Below, one piece after another: positions 28,215 through 39,210 of a stretch of DNA of 54,426 nucleotides; the first letter of the stretch is position 1; each line of letters opens with the position of its first letter. A program made the translations under genes and the position numbers. The notes beneath the pieces are model-generated. The model saw only the letters and a list, made by a program, of their open reading frames with translations. It did no database searches and was not told where the DNA came from. The DNA is taken from positions 1 to 54,426 of the IMG/VR virus record IMGVR_UViG_3300042564_004473, one strand, 5' to 3'. The stretch is from a virus. Its lineage: Duplodnaviria > Caudoviricetes.

Positions 28215-28637
28215 ATGAAACAAACACAATTAGAATTTAAAAGTGAGTTTTTACCTGAAATAACCGTTGTGGTTGTTTTTGATGATGACCCACGATATGA
28301 ACAAGTTAAATCGTATTTTGACGAATACGGGTATGGATTTATGGTACCTGGTAAAAATTTAATAATCGTTGATGGTGAAGAATTATTAAACGGAGACGAC
28401 AATAGTATTTTAAAGTTTATCGAAGCTCACGAAGTGTCTCACATATTATTAAATCATTCAGGACCTAGAAATGAAAAAGAAGAACTTGAGGCAGATTTAG
28501 GTGCTTATATAATTTTAAAACATTATGGGTACAAAAAACCATTAGAGTTATTGTTAACTCATTTTGAAAATAGACACGGAATGGAATTTGATGAGTCGAT
28601 GATTCCTGAAATATCAAATAAATTGGGGTTGGGATAG
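28215..28637 (+). CDS. Small HEXXH metalloprotein
   Basis: AHEVSH..ELEAD. Confidence 0.7.
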   Translation: MKQTQLEFKSEFLPEITVVVVFDDDPRYEQVKSYFDEYGYGFMVPGKNLIIVDGEELLNGDDNSILKFIEAHEVSHILLNHSGPRNEKEELEADLGAYIILKHYGYKKPLELLLTHFENRHGMEFDESMIPEISNKLGLG

Positions 28638-28723
28638 TCGTAAAACTAAATTTTTTTAAAATAATATATATTTATATGATACCTCCACCCCCTTATGGGT
28701 GTTTATATATATCAAGTACCAGA

Positions 28724-28750
28724 AGACCCAAGAAATTCTTGGGTTTTTTT
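28724..28750 (+). terminator. Intrinsic terminator
   Basis: GACCCAAGAA/TTCTTGGGTT plus T tract. Confidence 0.75.
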
Positions 28751-28794
28751 ATTTGTATTTTGACTAAAATTTATTATCTTTGTAAAAAAAATAT

Positions 28795-29430
28795 ATGGAA
28801 CCAGAAAGAGACATATTCGACGAATGGACGGAAGAAAGAGAAAAAGAATCGTGGATTATGAGAAAATTACGATTCATACCATTATGGTGGAAACACGATG
28901 GAAAATATTTACATCTTGAATTTAAACGAGGAGTGAAAAGTTTAATTTATTGGTTTCCAATCATATGGAAAGACAGAAATTGGGATAGTCATTACATATT
29001 TGAGATAATGAAACACAAACTATCTGCACAAGCTAATTATATTGGACATAGAGATTTACATACCCGAGCTCAAGAAGATGCTCGAAGAATGAGATTGTGC
29101 GTGAAATTGATGGGGTTGATTCAAGAAGAGTTTTATTCTTCTGAATATTTGGATTATCATAAAACAAAACATTGGTTTGAGGATGTTCCTGAACATCCGG
29201 GACTTTCTTCTTGGGAATCAAGAGTATTAGGAGAGAATTTTGATGATTATTTTAAAAAATACCCATTAATCTATAAAAGAGTGTTAAATGGTGAGGGTGT
29301 TTTTAATAGAGAAGGACGTGAGGATGATAAACAAATCATTGCTATGAATATTGGATACATAAATCACGTCAGAGCAAGAAAACTATTGTTTAAAATAATG
29401 GAAGATAATATAGAAAAATGGTGGGATTAG
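28795..29430 (+). CDS. Phage hypothetical protein
   Basis: IWKDRNWD..KWWD; TATCTTTG upstream. Confidence 0.75.
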   Translation: MEPERDIFDEWTEEREKESWIMRKLRFIPLWWKHDGKYLHLEFKRGVKSLIYWFPIIWKDRNWDSHYIFEIMKHKLSAQANYIGHRDLHTRAQEDARRMRLCVKLMGLIQEEFYSSEYLDYHKTKHWFEDVPEHPGLSSWESRVLGENFDDYFKKYPLIYKRVLNGEGVFNREGREDDKQIIAMNIGYINHVRARKLLFKIMEDNIEKWWD

Positions 29431-29467
29431 CCTATTTTTTATTATCTTTGTAAAAAAATTAAGAATT

Positions 29468-30169
29468 ATGAAAATTACACTTTTGTCGGATACTCACAAT
29501 AATCACAAACAAGTGACTCAAGACTTACCTGGTGGTGACTTATTAATTCACGCGGGGGACATATCTTCAATGGGTTATGAACACGAGATTACCGAATTCT
29601 GTAAATGGTTCGATAAAATTGATAACTATGATACCAAAGTATTTATTGCGGGTAATCACGATTGGGGATTTCAAAATAATGTTAAGAAAACATCAAAGAT
29701 AGTTAATTCTTATAAAACAATTGATTACCTACAAGATGAGCTTTTGATGGTAGGTGAAGACTATGATAAAATGATTAAGATTTGGGGTAGTCCTTGGCAA
29801 CCTGAATTCTATAATTGGGCGTTTAATCTTCCTCGCAACGGTGAAGAACTTAAATCAAAATGGGATATGATTATTCCTGATGTTGATATCTTGATTACTC
29901 ACGGTCCTGCTTGGGGTTTCTTGGACGATGTTGAGGGTAGAAGAGGACATAGATTAGGTTGTGAATTATTGGCGGAAAGAATTAAATCTATTAAACCAAA
30001 GATTCACGTTTGTGGGCATATTCATACAGGGTATGGACACTACTTTGACGGACACACTCATTATTTCAATGCTGCGGTATTAAACGAAAGATATAATTAC
30101 GCTCAATTACCTTGGAATATTGATTGGGACCCAATCACAAATAGAGTTACTTTCTTGGACAATGATTAA
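29468..30169 (+). CDS. Calcineurin-like metallophosphoesterase
   Basis: SDTH, HAGD, AGNHD, THGP, GHIH. Confidence 0.9.
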   Translation: MKITLLSDTHNNHKQVTQDLPGGDLLIHAGDISSMGYEHEITEFCKWFDKIDNYDTKVFIAGNHDWGFQNNVKKTSKIVNSYKTIDYLQDELLMVGEDYDKMIKIWGSPWQPEFYNWAFNLPRNGEELKSKWDMIIPDVDILITHGPAWGFLDDVEGRRGHRLGCELLAERIKSIKPKIHVCGHIHTGYGHYFDGHTHYFNAAVLNERYNYAQLPWNIDWDPITNRVTFLDND

Positions 30170-30172
30170 AGA

Positions 30173-30193
30173 ATCACCTTCGGGTGGTTTTTT
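30173..30193 (+). terminator. Intrinsic terminator
   Basis: CACC-TTCG-GGTG plus T tract. Confidence 0.7.
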
Positions 30194-30214
30194 ATTTTTA
30201 ACATATTTATTACT

Positions 30215-30799
30215 ATGCAAAGATTTGAAAATGAATTACCAAAATCGGTATTAAAACTGATTATCAATGAAATTGGTAAAGAGGTGAGTGAAAGTGATAT
30301 TAGTTGGACTAATGATGACGCTTATTCTAAAACTATTACAGAGTTAATTGATAATTCAATTAAGAAATTTGGTATTACGAATATTGATTGGGAGTCATAT
30401 GGGTTTTTTTGGAAGTTATATCAAGATAATCATGATTTTGATGGGGAAGGAGATATTGTAGTTCCAAAAATGATGGTATTTCCTGTAGATATATCAGTAA
30501 ATGTTAGAAAATATATGACAGAAAGTTATTTACACAATATACATACATATGATAAAGAGTATGTTAATTCTTTCATTTATGAAGGCGAATTTGATTATTA
30601 TGAAGGTAAATATATGAATGAAAATGTGTATGATACTTACACGAATGATTGGGAGATAGAAAGTATAGGGAATCCAGTTAGTTTAAAAGAAGGTAAAAAA
30701 GTTAGAAGAGTTATCACAGAAAGTGATAATAAAGAATTACAAGATTTATTAATAATGCAAAAAGCGATTGAAGAAAGGATTAATTACCTTTCTTCTTAG
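30215..30799 (+). CDS. Hypothetical protein
   Basis: 194-aa acidic ORF after ATATTTAT. Confidence 0.7.
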   Translation: MQRFENELPKSVLKLIINEIGKEVSESDISWTNDDAYSKTITELIDNSIKKFGITNIDWESYGFFWKLYQDNHDFDGEGDIVVPKMMVFPVDISVNVRKYMTESYLHNIHTYDKEYVNSFIYEGEFDYYEGKYMNENVYDTYTNDWEIESIGNPVSLKEGKKVRRVITESDNKELQDLLIMQKAIEERINYLSS

Positions 30800-31013
30800 A
30801 CTTTTTTTCTTCAGAGATTAAATCTTTAATTGTCTTCTTTTTATTTGGAGAAGTCCAAATGTTAAAACCCCTTTTCCATCTATATTCAACAGAAACAGGT
30901 CCATTTGTGGTTATAGTTCTATCATATTTCCAAATAGAAATAGATTCTTCGTCTTCGTAAACTCTTTCCCACTTAGTTGGTTTATCTTCCTTTTTATTGT
31001 TTTGTAATGCCAT
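30780..31013 (-). CDS. Small basic hypothetical protein
   Basis: 77-aa ORF filling the gap. Confidence 0.6.
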   Translation of the reverse strand: MALQNNKKEDKPTKWERVYEDEESISIWKYDRTITTNGPVSVEYRWKRGFNIWTSPNKKKTIKDLISEEKKSKKKGN

Positions 31014-31128
31014 AGTGTAAAATTAAGGTATTATTTTTTTTTAATCAAATTTTTTTAATTATATTTGTGGTGTGTAAAAAATATTATCACTTCTTAGTTT
31101 ACTATTAAATACATTGATATTTATCAGT

Positions 31129-32097
31129 ATGAGTGAAAATCAAGGAATATATGATATTGTTAATAGGTTAAACCAAGATAAGGTTTATGAATATAATGGA
31201 CCATTATTATCTGACGTACCATTTAACATTAGTTTTAAATATAAATTTAAAATAACTGGGGATTTAACATTACTCCATATGGGTAATCCTTTAAATCATA
31301 TAGGTATTGATTTAACTATCCTTGAGTTGACTCCTCCTAGTTTTCAAGATATCTTTAAGGGGTTAAATACCCGTATGAAAATTGATGATAGAATATATTA
31401 TCTATCAGGTAAATTAAAAAATGATATTTGGAGAGTTTTACAACATTTTAGTTTGGATGATTCCCCTGAAATTGTTAATGTTAATTTAGAATTAAATTCA
31501 GACGAACCTACGAGTATTACAGAATCACAAAGTGAAAAACGAAATGTGGTTAGAAAAGTTGTTGAAGATATTATACAAATTTTTAAAAGTAAAGGTGACG
31601 GAGAATACACTTTACCTGAAGATACTACCGGAGAATTTACGTATCAATTTGAAAATTTAAAAAATGACTTTAACGTTGAATTAAGAATTCAAGAAAGTGA
31701 TGAGGTAGATAAGTTTGAATTGGATGGTGGTTATTATGAGGATGATGAAACAATAGAGATTGAAATCGTATTTAATCCTGAAGCATTTCCTAAATCATTA
31801 TATGAATTGGTTGGTGATTTAAACGAAACATTTAGACACGAATTACAACATCATTTACAATATGGAAGAGGTGATGAGAACCCTAAAGGTAAAAAAAGTC
31901 CTGAGAAATATTATTCACAACCTCACGAATTAGATGCTCAGGTTGCTGGGATTAAAAGAAAGTCTAAAATAACTAAACAACCTTTTGAACAGAGCGTTAG
32001 AGATTGGTTTGCAAAAAATAAAAATAAACATACTTTGAATAACGCCTCTCAAGAAAGAGTGATTCAAAGGATTTTACAATATTATAATAATAAGTAA
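31129..32097 (+). CDS. HEXXH metalloprotein
   Basis: RHELQHHLQ..YY..HELDA; internal ITESQ. Confidence 0.7.
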   Translation: MSENQGIYDIVNRLNQDKVYEYNGPLLSDVPFNISFKYKFKITGDLTLLHMGNPLNHIGIDLTILELTPPSFQDIFKGLNTRMKIDDRIYYLSGKLKNDIWRVLQHFSLDDSPEIVNVNLELNSDEPTSITESQSEKRNVVRKVVEDIIQIFKSKGDGEYTLPEDTTGEFTYQFENLKNDFNVELRIQESDEVDKFELDGGYYEDDETIEIEIVFNPEAFPKSLYELVGDLNETFRHELQHHLQYGRGDENPKGKKSPEKYYSQPHELDAQVAGIKRKSKITKQPFEQSVRDWFAKNKNKHTLNNASQERVIQRILQYYNNK

Positions 32098-32109
32098 TGT
32101 TTTAAAATA

Positions 32110-32730
32110 TTAGTCTCTAAATCGAGCAACTAATTTAGTAATCAATTCTTTAAGAGCGTTACCTGAAACACTTACCAATCCAAACGACATTAGTCTAACT
32201 ATAATTTCTTTTACATCATTCCCTTTAATGCCTGATTGAGACATTTCCCATATTATAGGTAAGATAGGTATGATGAATGAGTAACTCATTATATTTGATA
32301 TTGTGTACAATGTCATATTAAGACTCTCAATGAATTTAAAGAACGTCTGTCTTAATTTGGTACCTTTTTTTAATACTTGAGAAAAAACTTCAAAAATACC
32401 CTGTTTTTTAATGTGGTCAACTAACGTTTTAATGGTTGATTTACTTTCGTTAAAAAGTATTGCTGAAGTTGCACAAAGGATAGACGCCACTTGGAATTCA
32501 TTCAAATTAAAATTCCCACTCATAATAAAATCGTTTAGTGGTGCCATAACACCTCCAACACCTGCACCCCAAATCAACAACATATTTAAATTAATTTTTA
32601 AATCTTGTTCAGTCTTGGTAATGACAGTTTCTGCAAATTCTTTCAAATTGCTTAAATAGTTTGTAAACTCATCACGAGATTCATTCAATAAAATTGCACG
32701 ATATTGACTTTCAGTTAATACTACTTTCAT
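32110..32730 (-). CDS. Leader-bearing hydrophobic protein
   Basis: MKVVLTESQY..LNES; several hydrophobic helices. Confidence 0.7.
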   Translation of the reverse strand: MKVVLTESQYRAILLNESRDEFTNYLSNLKEFAETVITKTEQDLKINLNMLLIWGAGVGGVMAPLNDFIMSGNFNLNEFQVASILCATSAILFNESKSTIKTLVDHIKKQGIFEVFSQVLKKGTKLRQTFFKFIESLNMTLYTISNIMSYSFIIPILPIIWEMSQSGIKGNDVKEIIVRLMSFGLVSVSGNALKELITKLVARFRD

Positions 32731-32773
32731 ATGATAATAAATACTTATAATATATTTATTGTTAAAAGAATTT

Positions 32774-33361
32774 ATGCTAAACCCAAAATTAAATAAAGGA
32801 GATAGAGTACTTTTACTTCATATGGAAGGTGAAATGATGTCACCTGGTAGTAAGGGTACCGTAACTGGTATGAGTAGAGACCCATTTGAAAAAGATGCGG
32901 TTATATATAATGTAAGGTGGGATGATGGGGGAAGTCTATCATTACTGTCGGTAACTGACGCTTGGAAAAAAATCGAAGAACCAATAAAAGAAAGTTTTGA
33001 ACACGCTAAATGGTTTATGAATAATAGAATAATTGTTGAGTGTTTTGATACTAGGTTTTTAGGCGAATTCTTAAAGAAGATTAAACAATCAGGTATTACA
33101 AATATGTTTGGAGCATCACCTTATTTATATATGGGTAGAGAAAGAATTGAAAACGAATTTAAATACCAAAATATTCATAATGAAGAGGCATTTGAGGAGG
33201 TGTTAGATATGGCGGACGAAGCTCAACACAAGATGATTAACGGAGTTATGAAAGTAATCGAGAAAGAGGATAAAGAAATTAGTGTTGAATTGGTTAACCG
33301 TTATATTAAAAGATATTCGTCTTTATTTTTGGATTACTGGATGAGACTACACTCGGCATAA
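32774..33361 (+). CDS. DUF4314-like plus DUF5049-like protein
   Basis: GDRVLL..GSKGTV..VRWDDGGSLSL; IKQSGITNMF. Confidence 0.6.
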   Translation: MLNPKLNKGDRVLLLHMEGEMMSPGSKGTVTGMSRDPFEKDAVIYNVRWDDGGSLSLLSVTDAWKKIEEPIKESFEHAKWFMNNRIIVECFDTRFLGEFLKKIKQSGITNMFGASPYLYMGRERIENEFKYQNIHNEEAFEEVLDMADEAQHKMINGVMKVIEKEDKEISVELVNRYIKRYSSLFLDYWMRLHSA

Positions 33362-33493
33362 AAAAAAAGAGGGACAAGAAGTTAAAATAAATTACCAAGA
33401 TACTAAACCAAGAATTCCCTCTAATTAAGTTCTTTAAACAAAGATAAATAAACTATTTCAATCTGTAAAGATATTTATAATAAAAAAACACAA

Positions 33494-34027
33494 ATGAATT
33501 CATATTTTTTAAACGTAACGAAAGAGGAGAAAGAAAATATCCTTGACAAACATAAGACATTATACGATGGATATGCCGTAAGATACGGACAACCTAGTAG
33601 TGAACAACCATTATATACTCAAGACTTTGCAAATGACAAAGAAGGAGTTACTATTAATTCTAAAGGGGAAGTGTCTAACTATTCTAATAAAATCTATATG
33701 AAAGAGTCTAAGAATGTTTGTAATGAATGTGGACTTTATGAAGAAGTTTGTGAATGTGGAAGTGAACAAGTTAAAGGTATTGGAGACAAATTTGATTATA
33801 CTGAACAAGGCGCTGGTGATGAGTATTTAAGAGTTGGTGAACAAGAAGAGGGTGACGAATATTTAATGATTGGTGAAGAGGATGATGATGAAGAAGAGGA
33901 AGCAGGATTCGTTGGTAAATCTGACTTAAATTTAGGTGAAGAAGAAGACGAAGAAGAGGAATATAAGATTATTGAGAAAGTTAACGAATCTTTAGATATG
34001 TTCAGAAGATTTAAAAAATATAACTAA
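33494..34027 (+). CDS. Acidic leader-bearing protein (scaffold-like composition)
   Basis: VTKEEKENILDKH; CxxC-x6-CxC; repeated GDEYL; many I/L/V-x-E sites. Confidence 0.7.
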   Translation: MNSYFLNVTKEEKENILDKHKTLYDGYAVRYGQPSSEQPLYTQDFANDKEGVTINSKGEVSNYSNKIYMKESKNVCNECGLYEEVCECGSEQVKGIGDKFDYTEQGAGDEYLRVGEQEEGDEYLMIGEEDDDEEEEAGFVGKSDLNLGEEEDEEEEYKIIEKVNESLDMFRRFKKYN

Positions 34028-34078
34028 TTATAAACTTTTTAACAATTTTCAGATATTTTAATATAAAAATAGTTAATT

Positions 34079-34378
34079 ATGGAAATTGTTGAAATAATAT
34101 CATACTTTGTTAATCATTCTACAGATACTATAGATGTTAGATTTAGATTTAATAATGATGAAGAAGACGAAATCAGAGTCGATGTTATCGATTTAAAAGA
34201 ATCTGATGACTTTGGGTATACACTAATTGTGGAAGACTTTGATTTATTTATAGATGATGAAGATGAGGATGATAATAACCTCTTAGAAGATAATGTAGAT
34301 GAAATTGAACTACTAGCATTCCTCAACGAGTATTATCTAATTTACCCAGAAAAAGTTCCAAAAAAAGATTTATATTAA
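34079..34378 (+). CDS. Acidic hypothetical protein
   Basis: 99 aa, D/E-rich. Confidence 0.7.
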   Translation: MEIVEIISYFVNHSTDTIDVRFRFNNDEEDEIRVDVIDLKESDDFGYTLIVEDFDLFIDDEDEDDNNLLEDNVDEIELLAFLNEYYLIYPEKVPKKDLY

Positions 34379-34881
34379 GGACCTATCCTTGTTAAATGTA
34401 ACGTAATAGATTTATTATACCCTATTTGTGCATATCCCCAAGCTCCCGTACTTCGGAGAGTTATACTTTCTGCTTGGTCATCAACAATCTTAAACATCCT
34501 TCTAAAACCTTCACAATTGAAATCAAGATATCCTAAATCGTAATTTGAATTGTGATTGATTACTTCATAATAATATTGTTTAGTCCACATAGTAGAACCA
34601 GTTCCTGTTAATATCGGACACATTGAAATTATCGAATAATCTAAATGCCATTTAGTAGACCCTACTTTAATATTATCCATAGGAAATCGTTCCGATGGAT
34701 TAAAGTAAGTGTCACCGGGTAAATAAACAATATCGTTAGTCGAAACCGAGTTATTTATCTGACTATAAGTAATTTTATCAATCACATATTCACCACTTAG
34801 ACTTAATAACGTTGGTAATTCGTATTTTCTGCATGAACTTAATAAAAACAATAACGATAATATATAAACAAATCTTTTCAT
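34375..34881 (-). CDS. Lipoprotein
   Basis: MKRFVYILSLLFLLSSC lipobox. Confidence 0.7.
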   Translation of the reverse strand: MKRFVYILSLLFLLSSCRKYELPTLLSLSGEYVIDKITYSQINNSVSTNDIVYLPGDTYFNPSERFPMDNIKVGSTKWHLDYSIISMCPILTGTGSTMWTKQYYYEVINHNSNYDLGYLDFNCEGFRRMFKIVDDQAESITLRSTGAWGYAQIGYNKSITLHLTRIGP

Positions 34882-34928
34882 AACTAATTGTAATAATTTT
34901 TTTTTAAAAATCAAAGTATTTATAGGTT

Positions 34929-35240
34929 ATGAGAACAGATATTGACTACTTAATTAATTTAATGGAAAGATATACTACATCTAAGTCAGTTAAAGAACTT
35001 GGTGAACAAGATGCCGAAACTCCTTCTGGAGGTTCGACAGGTGGAGGAAGTAAAAATAATGTCACAACTTGGGCGGGAACTGTTGGAGCTTCACTTAATA
35101 GAAGTGGACCTGCCAATCCAATCTCAAATAAACCAAGACCTGATAGAGTGGGTAGAACTGGACCCGCTAATCAAATTGGTAACACTAAATGGTCCGATAT
35201 TGTTAAATTAGGTAGAGGACCGGCAAATCAATTAACTTAA
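34929..35240 (+). CDS. Small disordered protein with GPAN repeats
   Basis: RSGPANPI, RTGPANQI, RGPANQL. Confidence 0.7.
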   Translation: MRTDIDYLINLMERYTTSKSVKELGEQDAETPSGGSTGGGSKNNVTTWAGTVGASLNRSGPANPISNKPRPDRVGRTGPANQIGNTKWSDIVKLGRGPANQLT

Positions 35241-35241
35241 T

Positions 35242-36924
35242 ATGAATAATAAAATACAAGAAGGATTTGAATCGATTGAAAGAGTTAAACTTTTAATGGG
35301 TTACTCATTATCAAAAACTTTAACGGAGAATGAAGAAAGTTTTCTAACAGAACAGTCTAAAAATGAAAATATACCCAAGTATATTAGTGATTTAGGGAGA
35401 AAGATGTATCAATCACAACATCCTGACGAAGTTTGGGACCCAAATGTAACTCAAAAACAATATAGTTTGGATAAACAAGGTAATACCATTACTAAAAATG
35501 TTAAAGTTGGAGGATTCGTTCCTTTAACTCCTGAAAATATGGGATTAAGAGGAACTCCTTTTGGATTCCATCCTGAAGAATACCCTGAATATTTAAAAAA
35601 AGTTGCTGAGATTAAGAAAAAAGTGTATAATTCAACAAATTGGTTTGAGGACAATACTGACAACAAAAGAAATCAAGAACTTGCCAAATTAAAATCTCAA
35701 TATTATCATCCTGATTTCCCTTCAGGAATAAAGAGACAAGATTATCTTGATTGGGTAAACGGAAAAAAAGAATTATCCGCACAACTAAGAAATGATTTGG
35801 ATTACTCTCGTAAATTATTTTCAGGGTCTTATCGGTCACCTAAAGATATGCCAAATTCTGATTATTTTTTAAATGTTCACAATCAAAATATTAAGAATGC
35901 GGAACTATCCAGAAACTCAAAAATTCTCACCGATTATAAAACAATGGGCGATTATATGGATGCTATATATGAATATGACCCATATAGTATTAAAGAAATT
36001 AATAAAAGTGCTCTTGATAAATGGTGGGATGATTATGGACTTCTCGCAGAATTTGCTCTTTGGATGTTAGCGGACTACGTAACAGGCGGTGTTGTTGCTT
36101 ATTTAACGGGACCTAGACAATTACTTGTGTTAGCAAGAGTAGTTAAATTTGCGGGTAGAGTTGGTTTACCGGTGGCGGTTGGTACTTATGATACAATTAA
36201 AAATGGTCATTTAACCGAAGAAGGTATTGTGGATTTTATGTTTGCGGTTTTACCTTGGGCTCATGCAAAATTTGGAATTAAATCAACACCATCCGTACAA
36301 TTAGTCGAATCTATTGTGAGTAAACAAGCGGGACTTAATTTAAAACTTACCCAAGACGTGAGAAAATATATGAAATTATTAACTCAAGAAGAAAAATCTT
36401 TATTTAGAGAAGTTACTAAATTAACTCAGAGTCAAAAGAAGAATGGTATTAAATGGGTTATTGATGAATTAAATAAAAAAGGATTAAAAGAAGTTTTAAG
36501 TACTGCTAATAAAATCAAGAGAAATACAAAAGACTTCATATTAAGACCAAAAGGTGAACTAATTAAACCTAGTAAATTAGTTAAAGCTGGTAAAATTGGG
36601 TTAACTATGGCAAAAGATTTAACAGGTTTTGAAATTGCAAAAGTGTTGGCTAGTAAATTAGGTTTATTAAATGCTGAGGAAAAAGAAAAAAAATTAGCAG
36701 ATGAATTTAATAAAAGAAAAGGACCTGAATTATTAATATTAATTGCAAATGTTATGGAAGTAATTAAAAGATACCCTTATTTAGATGCTGTTAGTATTAT
36801 TAAGAAATCGTTAAAACAACCTTATGCTAAAACAGAGGTAGAATCGATTGATATTATCAAGGGCAATGAGGATACTTTTAACGCATTCTTGGTGGACAAA
36901 AACGGTAACCCCGTTAAACGGTAA
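35242..36924 (+). CDS. Large leader-bearing protein with hydrophobic hairpin (putative virion protein)
   Basis: IERVKLLMGY..LTEN..LTEQ; central hydrophobic Gly/Ala-rich region. Confidence 0.7.
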   Translation: MNNKIQEGFESIERVKLLMGYSLSKTLTENEESFLTEQSKNENIPKYISDLGRKMYQSQHPDEVWDPNVTQKQYSLDKQGNTITKNVKVGGFVPLTPENMGLRGTPFGFHPEEYPEYLKKVAEIKKKVYNSTNWFEDNTDNKRNQELAKLKSQYYHPDFPSGIKRQDYLDWVNGKKELSAQLRNDLDYSRKLFSGSYRSPKDMPNSDYFLNVHNQNIKNAELSRNSKILTDYKTMGDYMDAIYEYDPYSIKEINKSALDKWWDDYGLLAEFALWMLADYVTGGVVAYLTGPRQLLVLARVVKFAGRVGLPVAVGTYDTIKNGHLTEEGIVDFMFAVLPWAHAKFGIKSTPSVQLVESIVSKQAGLNLKLTQDVRKYMKLLTQEEKSLFREVTKLTQSQKKNGIKWVIDELNKKGLKEVLSTANKIKRNTKDFILRPKGELIKPSKLVKAGKIGLTMAKDLTGFEIAKVLASKLGLLNAEEKEKKLADEFNKRKGPELLILIANVMEVIKRYPYLDAVSIIKKSLKQPYAKTEVESIDIIKGNEDTFNAFLVDKNGNPVKR

Positions 36925-36953
36925 TTAAACATATTTAGATTAAAAAAATTAAA

Positions 36954-39155
36954 ATGAAAAAAATAACGTTAACTGAAGAAATTGGAAGAATGTTTGAGAT
37001 AATGAATAATAATGAGGGTATGGTAATACTTGAATCTACTTTATTACTCGAACAAAATATTTTATCAGCGATAAAAGGTGCTGAAAAACTTTTAGGACCG
37101 ATAGGTGTTGGAAAAGCGGAAACATATTTAGAAAAAAATGCAGAATCTTTTGGGGAAAGATATTCAAAATTTTTTGAAAAAAATAATGTCAGTAAAAGTG
37201 GTAGAGAAACCTTAAGAAAATTTATTAAGGATGTTTCATCCGTTTCCCCCTCATTTGCCAAAAACTTTGTAACAAAAAATGAAACTTTTTTGGTTGAACT
37301 TGAACAAGAAAAGGGTACTAAAAAATTTAATGAAATAATAACATCTTCATTTGGTGAAAAAATATTAAATTCCTATAGAACATTACATCCTACTTCCTCT
37401 GTAGGTTCTAGAGCTGGTACGGCAACTCCGAAACCACCAAAGTCAAAACCACCAAAGTCAAAACAAAAATCAATACCAATACCTTCCGAATTAAAAGACT
37501 CTGAAGGTGTTAAAGATTTCCAAAAATGGTTAAATGATAATAAACCAGGATGGTTTAAAAATAAGGAAATGGAAATTGGTGGTGATAATAACTACGGTAG
37601 ATTTGGGAAATCCACAAGTAAAGCTTGGGAAACACACCAAATTGAATATTTAGAAAAGACAAAACCCCCTTCCGATTTAAGCACCAAAGAACAAATTCAA
37701 GACTTCCAAGATTGGATGGATTCTAAGCACCCTAATTGGATTGTAGATTCAGATGGTAAAGTCAGAAACTTATCACAAGGTAAGGGATGGGGTAAATATG
37801 ATATTAATACAAGTAAAGCATGGGAGAAATACGGAGAAAAATACAAAAAAACGTATGGAACTAGACAACGTATTAGGTCTGTCGATTTAAACAAGACCGG
37901 TATAGATAAGAAACCATTGGTAACTTCTAAAAAGTTATCATTACTTGAAAAAATCTTTGCAAGTGATACTGAAATTATAGGTGGAATAAGAAGATATTCT
38001 TTATTATTTTTAGATACTTTGACTAAAGTTATGAAGGGTGAGGAAGTCGTTATTGACGACATTTTCGGTAAGTTTATAACGGTGTTAGATAAATTAAAGG
38101 CGGGAGGTACATTAGCCGATAGTCAAACATATTTTAGAGATATTTCAATATCAATTAAAGCGTTACAGGATGGTAAAATAGATATTTACAGTACTTTTGT
38201 GAAGGATATTGAAGGTGTTTTAAAGAGTTCGAGGAAATACACTGAGGATGACATTGCTAAAGTAATTGAGCAATTAAAACAGAAAGATTTTGATGCTTTT
38301 AACCCTGAAAATACAAGTTGGTTACGTAGACTTTGGGGTGAAAGTAGTTGGAACAACTTTAGGAAAACGTTAATAGATAAAGACCTTAAATTGCGTCAAA
38401 AATTATTGGAGATTGTTAAAAGAGGAGCTATGGTATTAACTACAGGTGCTATAAAACTACCAAGTGAATATGCGAAACATATTATAGACAAAGGTGTGGG
38501 ACGTGGGATTACAGATATTTATTTAATAGCAACTTTCATAACTAAAGTTACGATGCCCATATTTTTGGCTACTATGGGAACATTATTCACAATGGTTAAA
38601 GGATTTTCTTCTGGATACCAAAACGAAGGTGTCGTTGAAGAATTTAAAGATAATCTTGAAGAACAATATAAGTCTGTATTTACTTTTGGTAATACTTTTT
38701 CAGAACTAACACTTCCTTCAATTATAGTTTCGGCAATAGTGCCTTTTCATTTTCATTGGTTTAATTTTCTCGGTTGGCTGAAAGATACTTTCGACAATCT
38801 AATTAACGGTAAAATATTTGAGTCATGGAATGAACAAGCAAAAAAATTTAAAGTAGCGCTTAAACAAGAATATGATAAAGGTATTAAAAAAGGAAAGGAG
38901 GAAAAGGATAAAATAGTATCTCGGGTGACTAATTATAAAGATAGTATCATTAATGTTAGAGATAGGAAAATTGAGGATTTACAAAATCAACTTAACAATC
39001 GTAATAACATAATTGATAACAGTGAAGCAGGATTTAGAGCGTGGTGTAAACTTAACAATTATAAATTTAAATCGTTTTCAAATTCTGTGGGAACAACTGA
39101 TGATGGTCAAGACTGGCCATGGAACAAAAACACAAATACCTTTGAACCGTATTAA
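36954..39155 (+). CDS. Large protein with two PG-binding-like repeats and TM region
   Basis: VKDFQKWLN..YGRFGKSTSKAW twice; hydrophobic C-terminal segments. Confidence 0.7.
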   Translation: MKKITLTEEIGRMFEIMNNNEGMVILESTLLLEQNILSAIKGAEKLLGPIGVGKAETYLEKNAESFGERYSKFFEKNNVSKSGRETLRKFIKDVSSVSPSFAKNFVTKNETFLVELEQEKGTKKFNEIITSSFGEKILNSYRTLHPTSSVGSRAGTATPKPPKSKPPKSKQKSIPIPSELKDSEGVKDFQKWLNDNKPGWFKNKEMEIGGDNNYGRFGKSTSKAWETHQIEYLEKTKPPSDLSTKEQIQDFQDWMDSKHPNWIVDSDGKVRNLSQGKGWGKYDINTSKAWEKYGEKYKKTYGTRQRIRSVDLNKTGIDKKPLVTSKKLSLLEKIFASDTEIIGGIRRYSLLFLDTLTKVMKGEEVVIDDIFGKFITVLDKLKAGGTLADSQTYFRDISISIKALQDGKIDIYSTFVKDIEGVLKSSRKYTEDDIAKVIEQLKQKDFDAFNPENTSWLRRLWGESSWNNFRKTLIDKDLKLRQKLLEIVKRGAMVLTTGAIKLPSEYAKHIIDKGVGRGITDIYLIATFITKVTMPIFLATMGTLFTMVKGFSSGYQNEGVVEEFKDNLEEQYKSVFTFGNTFSELTLPSIIVSAIVPFHFHWFNFLGWLKDTFDNLINGKIFESWNEQAKKFKVALKQEYDKGIKKGKEEKDKIVSRVTNYKDSIINVRDRKIEDLQNQLNNRNNIIDNSEAGFRAWCKLNNYKFKSFSNSVGTTDDGQDWPWNKNTNTFEPY

Positions 39156-39210
39156 TAATAAATTTTTATACTAAAACAATTATTATGAATAATTAAAATA
39201 TTTAATAAAT

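Noticed and set aside
28676-28861. 61-aa ORF
   Set aside because: Runs through a terminator and the promoter of the next gene.
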